Below are positions 1 through 12,975 of a stretch of DNA of 64,000 nucleotides, piece by piece. The translations under genes were made by a program, and so were the position numbers. This stretch comes from Glaucostegus cemiculus (Eukaryota): the NCBI GenBank assembly GCA_976551045.1, contig CDPCPM010000323.1:4092001-4156000 (forward strand), given 5' to 3'. The stretch's first letter is position 1; each line of letters opens with the position of its first letter. Below the pieces are notes generated by a model that had not been told where the DNA came from, did no database searches, and saw nothing but the letters and a program-made list of their open reading frames with translations.

Positions 1-170
1 ACCCCAGAGACTTGAGTACAAAAATCAAGGCTGGCATTTCCCATGCTGAGGGTAAATGATGCTTTCATCATTTACCCTTTCAGCTGAATGTAAAAGATGA
101 CGTGGTATTTAAAACTATGGTGGGCCTCCCCAATGCCTTTATCAATATTCATTCCACAGCCAAAGTCAAA
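1..170 (+). mobile_element. Deu-domain SINE fragment (SacSINE/AmnSINE-like), decayed
   Basis: ccccagagacttgagtacaaaaatcaaggctg...tgtaaaagat...caatattcattccacagccaa resembles the Deu-SINE body as I recall it; related blocks at 3645, 25480 and 54780. Confidence 0.55.
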
Positions 171-190
171 GCATGAAAGGAGTAATGTAG

Positions 191-309
191 ACTCAAGAGA
201 CTGCAGATACTGGAATCTGGAGCAAAGAAACAAACTGCTGGAGGAACTCAATGGGTCAACTCAGTGGCTGTTTGACTCACTGAGTTCCTTCAGCGGTTTG
301 CTTCTTTGC
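191..309. mobile_element. Penelope-like fold-back mini-insertion with 15-bp TSD
   Basis: Arms gcaaagaaacaaactgctggaggaactcaatgggtcaac and gtttgactcactgagttccttcagcggtttgcttctttgc are imperfect reverse complements. Exact flanking direct repeat aaaggagtaatgtag at 176-190 and 310-324. Confidence 0.75.
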
Positions 310-1639
310 AAAGGAGTAATGTAGCTCTGTGATTTAGATGAATCATTGCAAACTTTGGGCATTGGTTCAAAGGTGAGTGCTCAAGGGTGAATGCCAGTCC
401 ACTTGTTGGCATCTCTTGAAAGAAGAGCTAAGATTCGGAGACCTTGCAGTCTATGGCAAATGATCAAAACTAATTTCACACAGATTGCAGCCTGGAGCAT
501 GTTGAAGCTAAACCAGTTTCAGCTATTGAAAGATACAGCGTGCCTTTGTGCCCATGATCTCCACACTATCTGAGTTGTACTGCCATAAAAAAAAGAAGTA
601 AGCTTGTTCCTCATGAGTGATGGGGCGGGATGGAGGATTTTCGTCTGGCTTGTTCACAGATACCCCCTGGCAGCTGATGTTGATCAGGCCCAGGACCTGG
701 TTGTTTGTCTACTCACCCAGTTTCTGAGCTAAGTTGCCTGAGCTCTGTACTCTAACATTTTCCTTTCAAACATTTCTGTCTTTTTCTGCCTTTAACTTCC
801 CTTGAAAAACAAAACAATGTTTTTCCTGGCCCCGGATTTCACTGAATGAAAAATGCCTTGAGATTCTTTGTCTATTGTGGATGCTTTTTAAAGGCAAATT
901 GTTTTTATATAATGTATGAGTGGTGGAAAGGGTGGTAAATAACTTTTTTTGTGAAAAGGTAATCTTGCTCTGAAGAGGCTGATGTTAATGAATAGGCTCT
1001 TAAATTTAAATTAATTATTTGTGACAATTATGCGTACACCCAACTAAAATCTGCAATATTTCTGAGACAAAGTTAATTTATCTAAAGATAGTCATCCAGG
1101 GGACAACAGCACACCAATATAATTGAAATATAATTTCTGCAATTACAATACATTTCTGGTGATCTCATCTTTAACCTGCACATGAACAGACTCATTTCTT
1201 ATCATGTATCTGCTTTAAAGACACTAGCTGATGATTATGCCAATTAACATCACAGCTTGAAACAAAATTTTAAGTGCTGACCTACCAATGGCTCTTTGCA
1301 AAGTATCCTGTCTATGTTTAGTATTGTTAAGAGTGCCATTGAATGACTCATTAATCACACCATTTTCAGGTTGCTTAGCAGATGTTATTAAAGTGTTATT
1401 TAAACATTTTGAAGAGAGCTCTATCAAACAATCTTTTAAAAAATGTTATCAGTGCAAAAGGTTTGTTCATGACCTTCTCATCGCTACTTTGATTGAACAA
1501 GGATTCCATCTCTCTCCTCCTATAACTTCCAGCTTCAGGCCTAACACTCCTAACACTAACTGAACTAATGGCCACCTTTCCTAAGCCCTTTTTACCTAGC
1601 TCAGTGTCAAACTCTTGGCTAAGAGTCTGAGACCTTTCT

Positions 1640-1745
1640 CTCCTTTCCAGTTCTGATAAGGAGTCTTGGACCTTAACATTGTTTTTCTTTCTACAGATGC
1701 TGCCTGACTTGCTGAGTGCTTCCATAATTTATGGGTTTTTCTTCT
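1640..1745 (+). mobile_element. Penelope-like 3' end with decayed hammerhead motif
   Basis: cagttctgataaggagtcttggaccttaacatt followed by the family tail cagatgctgcctgacttgctgagtgcttcc. Confidence 0.65.
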
Positions 1746-2344
1746 TTTCTAATAATGGTCCAGTGAAATGTTTTGGAAAGTATTTATTACATTCAAAGTT
1801 CTTTAAAAATATAATTACTTGTAGCATGACTCACAAGTACCATTTTATTTGTTTGTGGAAAATCATTGGTTGGATCTCACAAGCCCCAGGTGCCCTGCAG
1901 TGAATGCCACACTAATAGGGGCCCCCATTAACTATGGAACCATGGATTGCAGCTCAAAAGCTCACTGAAAGTCCATGTGCAATTGCAAGTTTAATGAATA
2001 GTGAGTGTTACCTCTCTGCTGCTGACAGCAAAACCTGGATCAGTGCCAGTTGTAATGTAATTTGGGCAAGTATAATGTCGTGAGCATTAGAAGAAAACAA
2101 CTAATGACGTGATTGTTACAGAAATGGTTAATGGCCAAGCTGAAGCTGATTTTGGTGGTAAACTAAATGCTTATTGTGTCTAATCTCCATTGGACTACCA
2201 TGACCTGGGCAAATGACATGTTAAACTATACAGCCAAACAATATAACATAAGCTTACCCACACACCAGCTGTATTTGATTCTGAGCACCAAGAGAAACCA
2301 TCAGGCCCTGGAGAAATTACTGAATACTTTATGACTGACAGATA

Positions 2345-2560
2345 GTGAAAATCTCAGTTCTGAGGAAAGATCGGAGAAACTTGGGCTCTCTGGTGGAAGG
2401 AAATGACTGAAAATTGAGCTCATTGAGGTACATTAGATGAAAAGTTACAGTTAAATTACTACTCAGTACAATACAGGAAGTAGAAATTCAAACTTGTGAA
2501 AGGCAAACGTAGATCTGACATCACTAGGTTATTCCCTGCACAATGAGTCAATTTTCAACT
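2345..2560 (+). mobile_element. Old CR1 LINE 3' fragment
   Basis: ctcagttctgaggaaagatcggagaaacttgggctc...aaattcaaacttgtgaaaggc resembles the CR1 ORF2 C-terminus seen in better copies at 24590 and 62610. Confidence 0.45.
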
Positions 2561-3644
2561 ACCTTGACTGGTTTTCATGGCGAGGTAATGGTCTCTCAAT
2601 GAGGTCAGCAGCCTTAGCTCCCCATTAACCTCAGTGATGCGGTAGGCTCCGTGTTGAAAAATGGCTGGATATCCATATACCATACAGACATCAGTCTGTT
2701 CTGGGGCAGTACAAGGGAACCAGTCACCTTATTGGATTTATTCCCCCACTCTTTTTAACAAACCTTCTTCTCTGACCTATCGCGTGTCCACCTGAAAGAA
2801 AGGGCATTGATTTACCGATAAAATAGTGTGTTAAAGTTAAAAATTCACATTCAGATCAGACAGCGATGTGTGCTATAAAATTTAACAGTACCAGTCGACT
2901 TTCTCATTGGTGCACATGTTTATTTCCTGCTCATTTGTTCATTTTCTTTGTCAATAGGGGATACTTTTATTGTATTTTTTTCCTTAACTCAAATTCTCAG
3001 ACCATGCCAAGATTTTGTTTTGCTTGAAGTAGAATTTCTTCAGTGGCTACTTTCATCAGAGGCACAATACTGTAAAATGTGATCCATGTGCAATATTGTC
3101 CTCAGAAATTCCCAGGGGCGATTTCAGCCGGATTCCACCTGGATACACTGGACAGCAAACAATATAAAAACTGGCAAAGTAAACAACCGAGTCATCTGTT
3201 GATGAATGGCTGAAGGTTTTGCAAGCTTTTGATGGAGTAGAGTAAATACCTTTTGCAACCTACTCCTGTCTCCTCATTCCCTGGACATTTTCCCTTCCTA
3301 ACCTCTTCTCCCTGGCCCTGAGAGGAACAGTAAGCATGCATTATTTAGTGGCTTTACATCTTTTGTTCCCTGTTGAAGGTGGGAGGTCTAATTTGTTGTT
3401 TGTTGTGACTCCTGAGGACTGATGTGCACCTTCTGTGTTCGCTCGTGGGATGGCCCAGCTTCTGTTGACTCCACAGTTCATGATACATTTTGTTACACTT
3501 GGTGGCTCCATCCCAGGAGATCCTGCACAGCCCAAGGAGAGTCTGGACTGTTGGCAGAGCTGAGTTAACAACTTAATGAGAAGAACAAGTTGCTGGTTCA
3601 GGTTTTGGGCTCAGCTTTATCAGGGTAGATTTGAAAGCAAGGGA

Positions 3645-3990
3645 GACATAAGCATAAAGTTCGAGTTGACATTCCACCAGAGCACTGCGAGATACAGCTC
3701 TGCTTGAAGTAACATCTTATAGTCATTAAATGGAAGCCCTGTCTACCCTCTTGGGTGTTCACAACAGTTTACCGTATCATAGCACCACTCAGGGAAAAGC
3801 AGGGGAACATTCCCTGTCTCTTGACATCAATCAAAATCAATTTTAGAATCTAGACCTGGCAATAATTAGCTGCCATCTTTCCAAACTTATAATAGCAATT
3901 CCACTCAGGAGACTTCCATGTTATAAAGCATTCTTGGATATCCTGAGGATGTGGAAGACCCTATGTAAATGCCTGTTTTTTTTTCTTGCA
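3645..3990 (+). mobile_element. Deu-domain SINE, decayed
   Basis: gccctgtctaccctcttgggtg...aagcaggggaacattccctgt...gctgccatctttcc...ttggatatcctgaggatgtggaagaccctatgtaaatgc, ending in a T-rich tail. Confidence 0.55.
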
Positions 3991-4334
3991 TAATTATGAT
4001 GTTGGTTCAAAACAATTAGAATATTGTGATCATGACATCACTACTTTACTACATCTCCTCAAATTATCTTCCAAAGGTGATCTCAAACCATAGAATTTTC
4101 TATTGCATAGTACTAGTGAAAATTCAGGAGTACTCTGAGATGGGTGTACTATGGAACACATTGATTTAATTTTATGCTGAATAAAAAAGTCAACATTAGT
4201 TAACGAAGGTGAACAGAAATCAGCTGAGAAAAGGGTTCATAATTCAGTTTGGGAAGAATCATTTCACCTCAAACAAAAATAGCCTTTAACATCATCCTTA
4301 ACACCATCAACAATGAAGAAAGGTACTGGTAAAA

Positions 4335-4505
4335 ATCCAAAAAATTCCGGAAACACTCAGCAGGTCAGGCAGCGTCTATGCAAGGAGAAATAGAATTAAC
4401 AATTCAAGTCAAAGACGCTTTGTCAGACCCTGCAAAGATTGATCTGCTGAGTGTTTCCTGCATTTCCTGGTTTTGCTTCAGATTTCCAACATCTGCAGTT
4501 TTTTT
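4335..4505. mobile_element. Penelope-like fold-back insertion
   Basis: Left arm ggaaacactcagcaggtcaggcagcgtct; right arm gatctgctgagtgtttcctgcatttcc...cagatttccaacatctgcag; degenerate hammerhead on the minus strand at ~4394-4428. Confidence 0.7.
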
Positions 4506-4644
4506 TAAAATTATTTTCTCGTAAATAGTATTTTTCCTTTAAAAATACCGAAAGATGGGAAGCCATGGAATAGATCCTAAAACAGCAATTTTATTTTGTT
4601 TTTTTTGTCTCTGATGTTTAAAAAAAACTTGCATGGAGGAACAG

Positions 4645-4930
4645 GGTGATGTCATTGAAAACCCTCTACTTTCACTTTTGATAGTCAGAGTCTAATTCAG
4701 CTCAGACTAATGGAAACCTATGACTTCTCCATCTCTTGAGTGGTGAAGGCTTGCCCAGCTCCTGATGAACATGAACCTCCAACACAGAAGTGCTCTTATT
4801 TCAGCATTAATTGGCAATCTCAGAAGGCCTGAGACGAGAAATATAAAATGTCAAGCCAGTGTAAGAGACATGCACTCTTAGAGCTGATGCATGTGCTTTG
4901 GACCAAGCTTTATTCTGCATCAAACCCAAG
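4645..4930 (+). mobile_element. LF-SINE-related ancient SINE
   Basis: ctttcacttttg...aattcagctcagactaatgg, gcccagctcctgatgaaca and cagcattaattggcaatctcag occur in the same order as LF-SINE consensus blocks as I recall them. Confidence 0.4.
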
Positions 4931-6783
4931 ATGATCAAAGAATAAGTCTCCTTTTACTCTGCACTTGATTCCAATTGTACTTCTTTTGCAAGTACTTGAT
5001 GTTGACACTTAAGAACTACTTTAATTAATGTAGGTTTGCAGGTCGACCTTGCTCACCAAAAGAATAAATTGGGAGATCACAGATGTGCTCTCTATAACTT
5101 TTGATCTAATGAAACAAACTGGAAGAAAATCATGGAGGTTTTATGTTTCTGTGGATGTAATTCATAAAACTCTCCCTCCATTGTTTAAAATTTTAAGAAG
5201 TGCTCTATTCCCTCTTATCACTCACCTTAATGAGCACAATCTCTGGCAAAATAAAACATATTATTTTCAGAGCATCCTGCTTATTATATTCCAGGGACTT
5301 TTGCTTAAGAGAGGAGAAACTATTAGTTTTGAGCCAATCTTGGCTGAGGCTCGAGTGTATGATTCTCCCTCAGTTTGAAAAAAAGATAATAGACTTCAGT
5401 AGGATCATTGTAAAGAGATGTGTTTGAGATTTGCCTATGGAGTAATCTCTAGATACTCAAACTGAGCTTTCATTAGAATATTAACTATTAATTTATGTAT
5501 CTGGTTCAAATCATTGGACTGAATAAGAAAGTAATTTGATTTGTTTCTGCAAGATTTTAGCTTTAATTGTTGTTGGTTTGGTATTATTTCAGTGTTTTGA
5601 AGTGTCTTTCCTTTGCAGCAGATGGGACATTAAATGGATATAATTTCTGTTCATGATTCAATCAAAATGATTCATCAGGTTGCTTTTAATTATAAATCCC
5701 ATCTAGATAGATGGGGGAAATAAAACCGAATTATATATTTCCAACAAAAACAAAACTGTTGATTTGTGCACCTCAGTGTGATGACACAGTTTCTGTTCTT
5801 TTATACTTTCACATGATTTTGCCTTTGAGAATGCAAGTCATCTTGCTCCCAAGTACTCTCTGCAATGTAGTCTTTATACCTTAATACCAATGGCCTGCCA
5901 ATTAGCCCTAGAAATTATCACAGATGCGATAGAAATATTTATAATGCTAGGAATGATTCATAGCCAGTGCATTTTGCTTAGAATAAGATCATGCTATTTA
6001 AGTGTTCTAATATTAGTTGTCAGTTCAACAGCATTCATTTCTAGGAGCAGTTATGGGAATGATCAATAAAGAAGGCATTTACTGTAAGGGGTGGAGGACA
6101 TCTTGTACAGGACAACCGCAAACCTACAGAGAAGTTCTCTGACCACATCTTCTTTCATAGTCAATGAGTTAATGGTGGTTTTCATCACACTACTAACTAC
6201 AGATAAATAATAACTCCTCTCATGTCCAAAAAAGCAACAGGGATTGCTCAGTATAGTGGTGGTAATGAATAATTCACAATTATCTATTTTTGGCTGGCAA
6301 TTGTCCGTGCCCTGAACCTTTACAACAGATTCTGGTTGCCTTTACAATTGATTTACAAGTCAGAAAGGATGTGATGTATGTGTAAGTAGTGGGGTTCACT
6401 CAAATGAGATTTGGGTTTGCTTATATGTTGGATGTTGCAGTTAAATCAAAATAAAATCTTTCTCCAGCCAGCTGCAGTGTTAGCTTCTGCCTGTTTGACT
6501 GAACCATTTAAATGGTTTGAACTGAAGGAAGCTGGGCAACAGGAGAATTATAGTGAAGTGATGAGGATGAAATTGTGGATTAACAATAAAACAGGCAAAA
6601 GTGGCTACGCACATGGATGTTGGTTAAAGGTTGTAAGCAGCAAAATATTGAACATTATTAGAACTTAAATAAAAGTGGAAAATGATAGTAAGTACTAAGT
6701 GGAACCCCACCTTTGCATGCCAGTGAAAGTGCTGTGTGCATAGTCTAATTAGCATTTAAAATATTCAGCTGGTAAAATGCTGC

Positions 6784-6834
6784 AAAGTTTACGGTGATAC
6801 TGATCAATCAAATTTATAATGAATCGTAAACTTT
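6784..6834. promoter_or_regulatory. Candidate enhancer core: inverted TTTACG/CGTAAA Hox-type sites flanking a PBX-HOX site
   Basis: Perfect 10-bp inverted repeat aaagtttacg (6784-6793) / cgtaaacttt (6825-6834) with atcaatca (TGATTGAT on minus) at 6803-6810. Confidence 0.35.
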
Positions 6835-8379
6835 AATCAACACCAATTTAAATACCAATTAACTGGTTTATCATTAAAGCCAGTCAGAGAGGGCATGGTG
6901 CATACTGTGCATACATTTGATCTGGTAATTCAGTTCCTGTTCCACAGGAGAGTCATTGTGACACTATGATGATAACAAAATAAACATTATGAGCAGTGGG
7001 CTAAATATGTGACTTGAAGTGAACCTATTTAGGCTTTTCTGCATGTGTGTTATGAGCAAAATTAGCTCACTGCAAACTGCCTATGAATAAATCTTCTCTT
7101 GTGCATTTATTCCTTTGTGTCCCCATTTGTTGTGGACATCATTCTGTGGCTGGAGTGATTGCAATGAAAACTTTATTTTGAATTACTTTAACCCTTAGCA
7201 ATTTGAGAATAATACTCTGTACCCGTGTGATGAAAATATGTGGGTTAAATTCCAGAACTGACACGATAAAGTGATTGTAAGGTAGCGTTACAATGACTTG
7301 TTATTGCAGTTCATTGTGACTATTTTACATTAAAGTTGCATACAAATTAAAGACAATTTACAACTTTTGTTTAGTCTGAGGTATATAAGAAGATGCTTTG
7401 GAACATTTCATCACAGGTTTGTACATAGTGACGTATAGATCAGTACTGAGTCATACATGGCTCGTAAACAACTTAAAGGGTATGAAGTTCTCCCCCGTGC
7501 AGATATCTAAAGTTGAATTATTCTGTAGCATCAATCATCAGAGAAGCAGAAGGCATGTCATGCAGCAGCAGCTAACATTGAGACCCAAATACAGTCTGAA
7601 ATCTAAAAACAGAGAAAGTGCTGGAAATGCAGGAGATTTGGTGAAACACAAAAATAAAGAGAGATTTTCCTGGTTTTTGCAACTTGACCTAATAGATATT
7701 CTCCCTACTGAAAAAAAGTTGGAGAGCTGAGACATGTAAAGGAATCCATTTGATATTCCATAATTAACCTAAATGGAGGAAAATTGGGTTGCTGTCTGTA
7801 ATGCATCCAGTTTTCCAATATGCACTGTGCCAGAGCTCAAATGAAAGAAACTTCCCTATAGCTTTTTTCTGCACACCATCAGGCTAAGACTACATCATTA
7901 AAATAGCAAATGGAGAAGAATTCATTCACTGAGTTGATCAAAATGCTACAACAACAATGACTTCAGGTGTTGATAGCCCAAGTGTCAATTTTGAAATCTG
8001 ACCCACAGATATTCATCATACAAGTGCAGAGTATAATTCTCAGATTGCTGAAGGTTAAAATAGAACAAAATAAAGTCACCTTTAAGAATGACTTTACTAA
8101 TAGCAGAATATAGAAAACAAGTTACTTCTGTCACAAAGGAAAGAGAGCAAAGGAAAAATGGAATCCAGGAATGAGTTGGCCAGTCAGCCCCTTAAACCTT
8201 CTCCTGAATGCTATTGGATAGCAGGTGAGTTATATATTTAAGTAGATAGAGTTAAACCAATGTTTTCAATATTGTAACTATGTTGAAATGTAAACTTTTG
8301 ACCAGGAAAAGACAGGAAAGAGAGCAGAAGCCATATGGCATTTATTTTCCTTTTCAATTGAAGCTATTGGTACAATATT

Positions 8380-8990
8380 GGAGTTGGAACTGGAATTGGT
8401 TTGTTATTGTCACTTGTACCAAGGTACAGTGAAAAACTTGTCTTGCATACTGTTCATATAGATCAATTTATTACACAGTGCATTGAGGTAGCATGAGGTA
8501 AAACAATACAGAATGCAAAGTAAAGTGTCACAGCCACAGAGAAAGTGCAGTGCAGGCAGACAATAAAGTGCAAGGTCATAACAAGATAGATTGTGAGGTC
8601 AAGAGTTCATTTTATCGTACTAGGGAACTGTTCAGTAGTCTTATAACAGTGGGATAGAAGCTGTCCTTGAGCCTGGTGGTATGTGCTTTCAGGCTTTTGT
8701 ATCTTCTATCCGATGGGAGAGGGGAGAAGAGAGAGTGTCTGGGGTTGGTGGGGTCTTTGATAATGCAGTTACTTTACTGAGGCAGCGAGAAGTATAAACA
8801 GAGTCTATGGTGGGGAGGCTAGTTTCCGTGATGTGCTGAGCTGTATCCACAACTCTCAGCAGTTTCTTGCAGTCACGAGCAGAGCAGTTGCCATACCAAG
8901 TCGTGGTGCATCCAGACAGAATGTTTTCTATAGTGCATCAATAAAAGTTGATGAGTGTCAAAGAGAATATTCCAAATTTCTTTAGCCTTG
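8380..8990 (-). mobile_element. Rex1/Babar LINE, 5'-truncated 3' portion
   Basis: Minus strand reads LINFY*CTIENILSGCTTTWYGNCSARDCKKLLRVVDTAQHITETSLPTIDSVYTSRCLSK, the typical Rex1 post-RT domain. The 3' UTR ends tgacaataacaaaccaattccagttccaactcc. Confidence 0.85.
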
Positions 8991-11574
8991 AATCTGTATG
9001 TAACTGAAGTTGAATTCCCATACTTGCCCTGATAATTTACCAACTAAACACAAAATATTCCACTTTTTGATTTCAGGAGGAGGAAAATGAGACAATACCC
9101 AGGATACTCTACCAGCCAACCCTCATTAATACCCTGACTTAATGCAGTTTTGCCAAATACTTTTGATAAAACAAGGCAGGCTGGATCAAAGCATTGGCCA
9201 TGCAGATCTTGACCACAATAATTAGCAAATCACATCTGGCTGGCATGAAGTCAAAAGCAGCTGATGGTTATGATTCCCATAGTTGCTTATGCCAGCTGCA
9301 GATGTGATTTTTGTTTGTCTTGAGCATGGAAGTGGTTGTCCCAAAAGACGAAAACCACACAAGATGTTATGCAACACATTATTCAACACATTTCGGTTGT
9401 GAAAGTAAAAAAAAACATTTCTGCACTCAAAATGACCAGGAAGACAAATCTGATAAACATTATCTTTGATGTATGAAGAACCTACAGCCACTCTTGGCAC
9501 TTAAAATTTTCATATAGCTTGCTGGAACCATATCACTGTAAACTGTGGGATGAAATGTTTTCGATTCTGTTCTTTTGCACTAAGCACCTTCAGTGTCGGA
9601 CCAACATATTTTGATAATAGGAAGATGAAAACAATGTGTATTAAGAAGACCTGGATACTAGGAAAACATCTTTGTTCTTTACAAATGGTGGCATTGCAGT
9701 CTTCAACAACCAACTGGGAGGGCAAACAGTTTACATTTAATCTGACCAAATGTGTGCATTTGACAGTATAGCACTCCCATTGTGCTGCACTGCATTGTTG
9801 ACTCAGACTGTCCTCCTCCTTAAGTTAACCACGGTGGTGTATTGAGATTGCATGTAGAGTACAATATAAATTCTACTAATCTGTCAACCCATTGTTGAGA
9901 AGAAAGCTTTTATATTCCCTTGCAATCAAATGTGTATTTACTCCTATTCCCGGCCCTATATTGAACTCCTGTTATTCTAACTGCTCGAAAACATATTCAT
10001 GTTGTTCACTATATTATTCAAAGACAAATGTAATGTAAACAAATTACATTCTAATCAGCAATATAGTAAAATACAATCTGTGAGATAATGATGTACAATT
10101 AACCAGAACATTATAATGTGTATGCTTAACATACTAAGTACCGTTAATTGCTCCAATAATCAATAGAAGTTGTTGACAAGTGCTGGTGATTCCTTATTTA
10201 TAGGACATCAAAAGGTGCTGTTTGTACTGCGCAATAATATGCTGTATAGCACTACATATAATCCTTGGAGGGTAGCACTATTAAATCTAGATTTCACCTT
10301 GTTTTTAATTCCTAACACTAAGAAGTCAGTGTGACTCTGATCAATATTTCATGGATCCTTCTTTTATTGACTATGTTTTTTTACTATAGAGGCTTTAGAC
10401 GATGTTTCTATCTTCAGTGGTGCATAGCATAGATGCAGGGGTATCAAACCACTTAATTTTGACTTCCTGTGACATTCCTAACTCAAAATGGCAATTTAGT
10501 AGGTTTGCAGTACTGTATAAGACCCCTGGGATGCTAGTTATAAAATTGCAATTGCTGCACTTAAGGAAGATCATCAGCCTCTACACTCTTTATCTAGACA
10601 TTGTGGCTCCATTTCCATCTGTAAAACTAATACTAGTCTTTTTAACAGTATGGAAAATATGAACCCAACTTAAAACAGATCTATAAAAACCTAGTTCTGA
10701 AATCAAATGCAAGCTATATACAAAAAAGTTCTATTAATATTTGTTTTATATTTAACAAAGCATCATGCTAATTGCCTGAAAACGTTTTGAATGGAAATAT
10801 TTTCAGTCCAAAAATATTTTCCATTAATGCTATCCAAGTCTATCTCTCCTAACTTAAGAGCTTTCACCTGGGAATCAGGAATGTTCAGGCTGATTTTCAC
10901 TAACTCCCATGCAGAAGTGCAGACACGAGTTCTAGCATTTACACTACCAAAGTCTTTAAAGCCAGAAGCCATAGGTGAAATGTTCCTGTTCAGTATCATA
11001 CATTACTAAGAGCAATTGTGAATTTACCCACTGAGCCATTAAGAGATCAGCCTTTATCCAGCTTGAACATTTATTTCTGATCATTTCTTACCAAGGAGTT
11101 ATCTGAAATATTACCTCTTAGAAAAAAAATTCTCAAATTCCTTAAAATTATACAGAGTATTTTAATAGCTACAACTAAATTGCAGAATTTTGAGAGACGA
11201 ATAGCTTCGGTTAACCATTTCCTAAGTATTTCTAACACACTGTTTATAGATAAGAATGAGAAATCAATTCATTACTTCAATGTTTTCACTTGCACAAGAG
11301 CTGACTTTAAATTGTCTCATACATAGATTTGCACTGAAATATGAGCACAGAATATCTGCATAAAACTTCAAGGGGTTTCTCAGTAGAATAAGGAGTACAT
11401 TAATCCAATACTCATGTCATTAAGATTCTTGTTACAATTTAATTTTAAGTTTCAGCTTCAGGGCTAATCTAAGCAGACAATCAGTATAATGCTGACAGTA
11501 TTCTGGACTCTCATGGGAGCCATCTTTTGGGTGTGAACCATATCGGCTGGTTTAGGTTTGTATCTTATTCATTT

Positions 11575-11950
11575 AGGGGATGTGGGCATCAGCAGCAAAG
11601 CCAATATTTACTGAGCCAAACCTAATTACCCTTGAGAAGCTGTGGTCAGCTGCTTATTTGCAACCATTACAGTCCTTTTGGTAGAGGTACTCCACCAGTA
11701 TTGTGGGAGCTTCAGGATATAAATCCAGTGATGTTTCCAAGTCAGCATTGTGTGTAACATGGAGCGCTCCATGAATCTGCTGTCCTTGTCTTTTTTGGTA
11801 GTAGAAGTTGTGGATTAGGAGGTGCTATCTTGGTAAGTGCCTGCATATCTTGTAGATGGTGCACATTGTAGCCATGGTATGCCAGCGACAGGGTTAAGAA
11901 GTAGTTCTGGTGATTAAGTAGGCTGCTTTGTCCTGGTGTTAATGAGAAAT
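11575..11950 (-). mobile_element. CR1-clade LINE 3' end (second, older family)
   Basis: gggatgtgggcatcagcagcaaagccaatattta...ctaattacccttgagaag; the same terminus occurs at 41470 (minus) and ~63470-63540 (plus). Confidence 0.7.
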
Positions 11951-12339
11951 TCCAAGACACAATTTGAAAAAGAATATTGGAAAGTATATTGTAAAATTAG
12001 TTGTGTTTATCTGTTTTGCTTACTGTGACACTGGCTCACCAGCAGTTAATTGCAGGGGAGTGAGGAGAAGAAAAAAAAGATGGCTGCACAGAGATAAGAA
12101 GCACATGTCTCTGTTTTCCTCTCTATTATTATAACAAAGGTTATAACAAAAAGTTGTGAAGCTAATGTTTCAGCTAAAAATTCCTCAATTTAATTCAATA
12201 AAAACAGTAAACCCAGTTCTTCTTCCCATTTAGTGTTTTTCTGGGTTTGTTGTATACAAAATATATATGTTACATTTACCTACCTAAATGAGTGAGTTCA
12301 CTTATTTATTAATTCACAGAATAAGGACATTAGGGGATC

Positions 12340-12520
12340 GGTATCCGGTACAAAGGCATGGGTGATGAGTGGACATGACTTGGTGAAAGACAGAATACCG
12401 ACCCTCAGTATCTTGGATGAGCTGCTCTGTACTGTAGTAGGAGATGGTAGGATGCCTAGAACGTCATTTTACAGTCAAACCCACAAGTGACAATGACATA
12501 CAAGAGTATAGTAATTGCAG
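12340..12520 (+). mobile_element. RTE-clade LINE fragment
   Basis: ggagatggtaggatgcctagaacgtcattttacagtcaa translates to GDGRMPRTSFYSQ, like the RTE C-terminal motif D-x-R-x-P-K-x-x-x-Y. Confidence 0.35.
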
Positions 12521-12824
12521 AAGTACTTGAAGCTTTGCCAAGAGTAGAAATAAGGAGCCCTGTGTGATGTAAGTAAACTTCAGTCTAATTGTGGCCAGAG
12601 AGGGCAATCAGCTTCCAACCCAAGGTGGGAACATGACCTAATTTCCATCCAATTTCAATTTCTTAACTTATATTATACTTTTTAACAATGCAGTGAAAGA
12701 CCATTTAGCCCATCTTGTGATTTATCAGATGCCTTACCATGGTATCATCCATCATTGAATCCCTTATCCCATGCGAGTGACTCCTCCAAAAAGAAAAGTC
12801 AGTCTTGAGCCACCCTACATGAAT

Positions 12825-12975
12825 CCAAAATAAAACTAGAAAATTCTGGAAAAACTCAGCAGAGGTTAGGCAGTATCTATGGAAAGATTAACAGTTAATG
12901 TTTCAGGTCAAAGAGACTTCATCAGAACTGTTTGTTTCTATTTCAGATTTCCATCATGTACAGTTTTTGTTTGAT
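12825..12975. mobile_element. Penelope-like fold-back insertion
   Basis: Left arm aaataaaactagaaaattctggaaaaactcagcagaggttaggcagtatctatgga; short right arm tttctatttcagatttccatcatgtacagttttt. Confidence 0.7.
12890..12932 (-). ncRNA. Minimal type I hammerhead ribozyme motif (best-preserved copy)
   Basis: Minus strand AACAGUU-CUGAUGA-AGUCUCUUUGACCU-GAAAC-AUU-AACUGUU: 7-bp stem I, both core boxes intact, imperfect stem II, and the stem III palindrome ACGU changed to ACAU. Confidence 0.7.
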
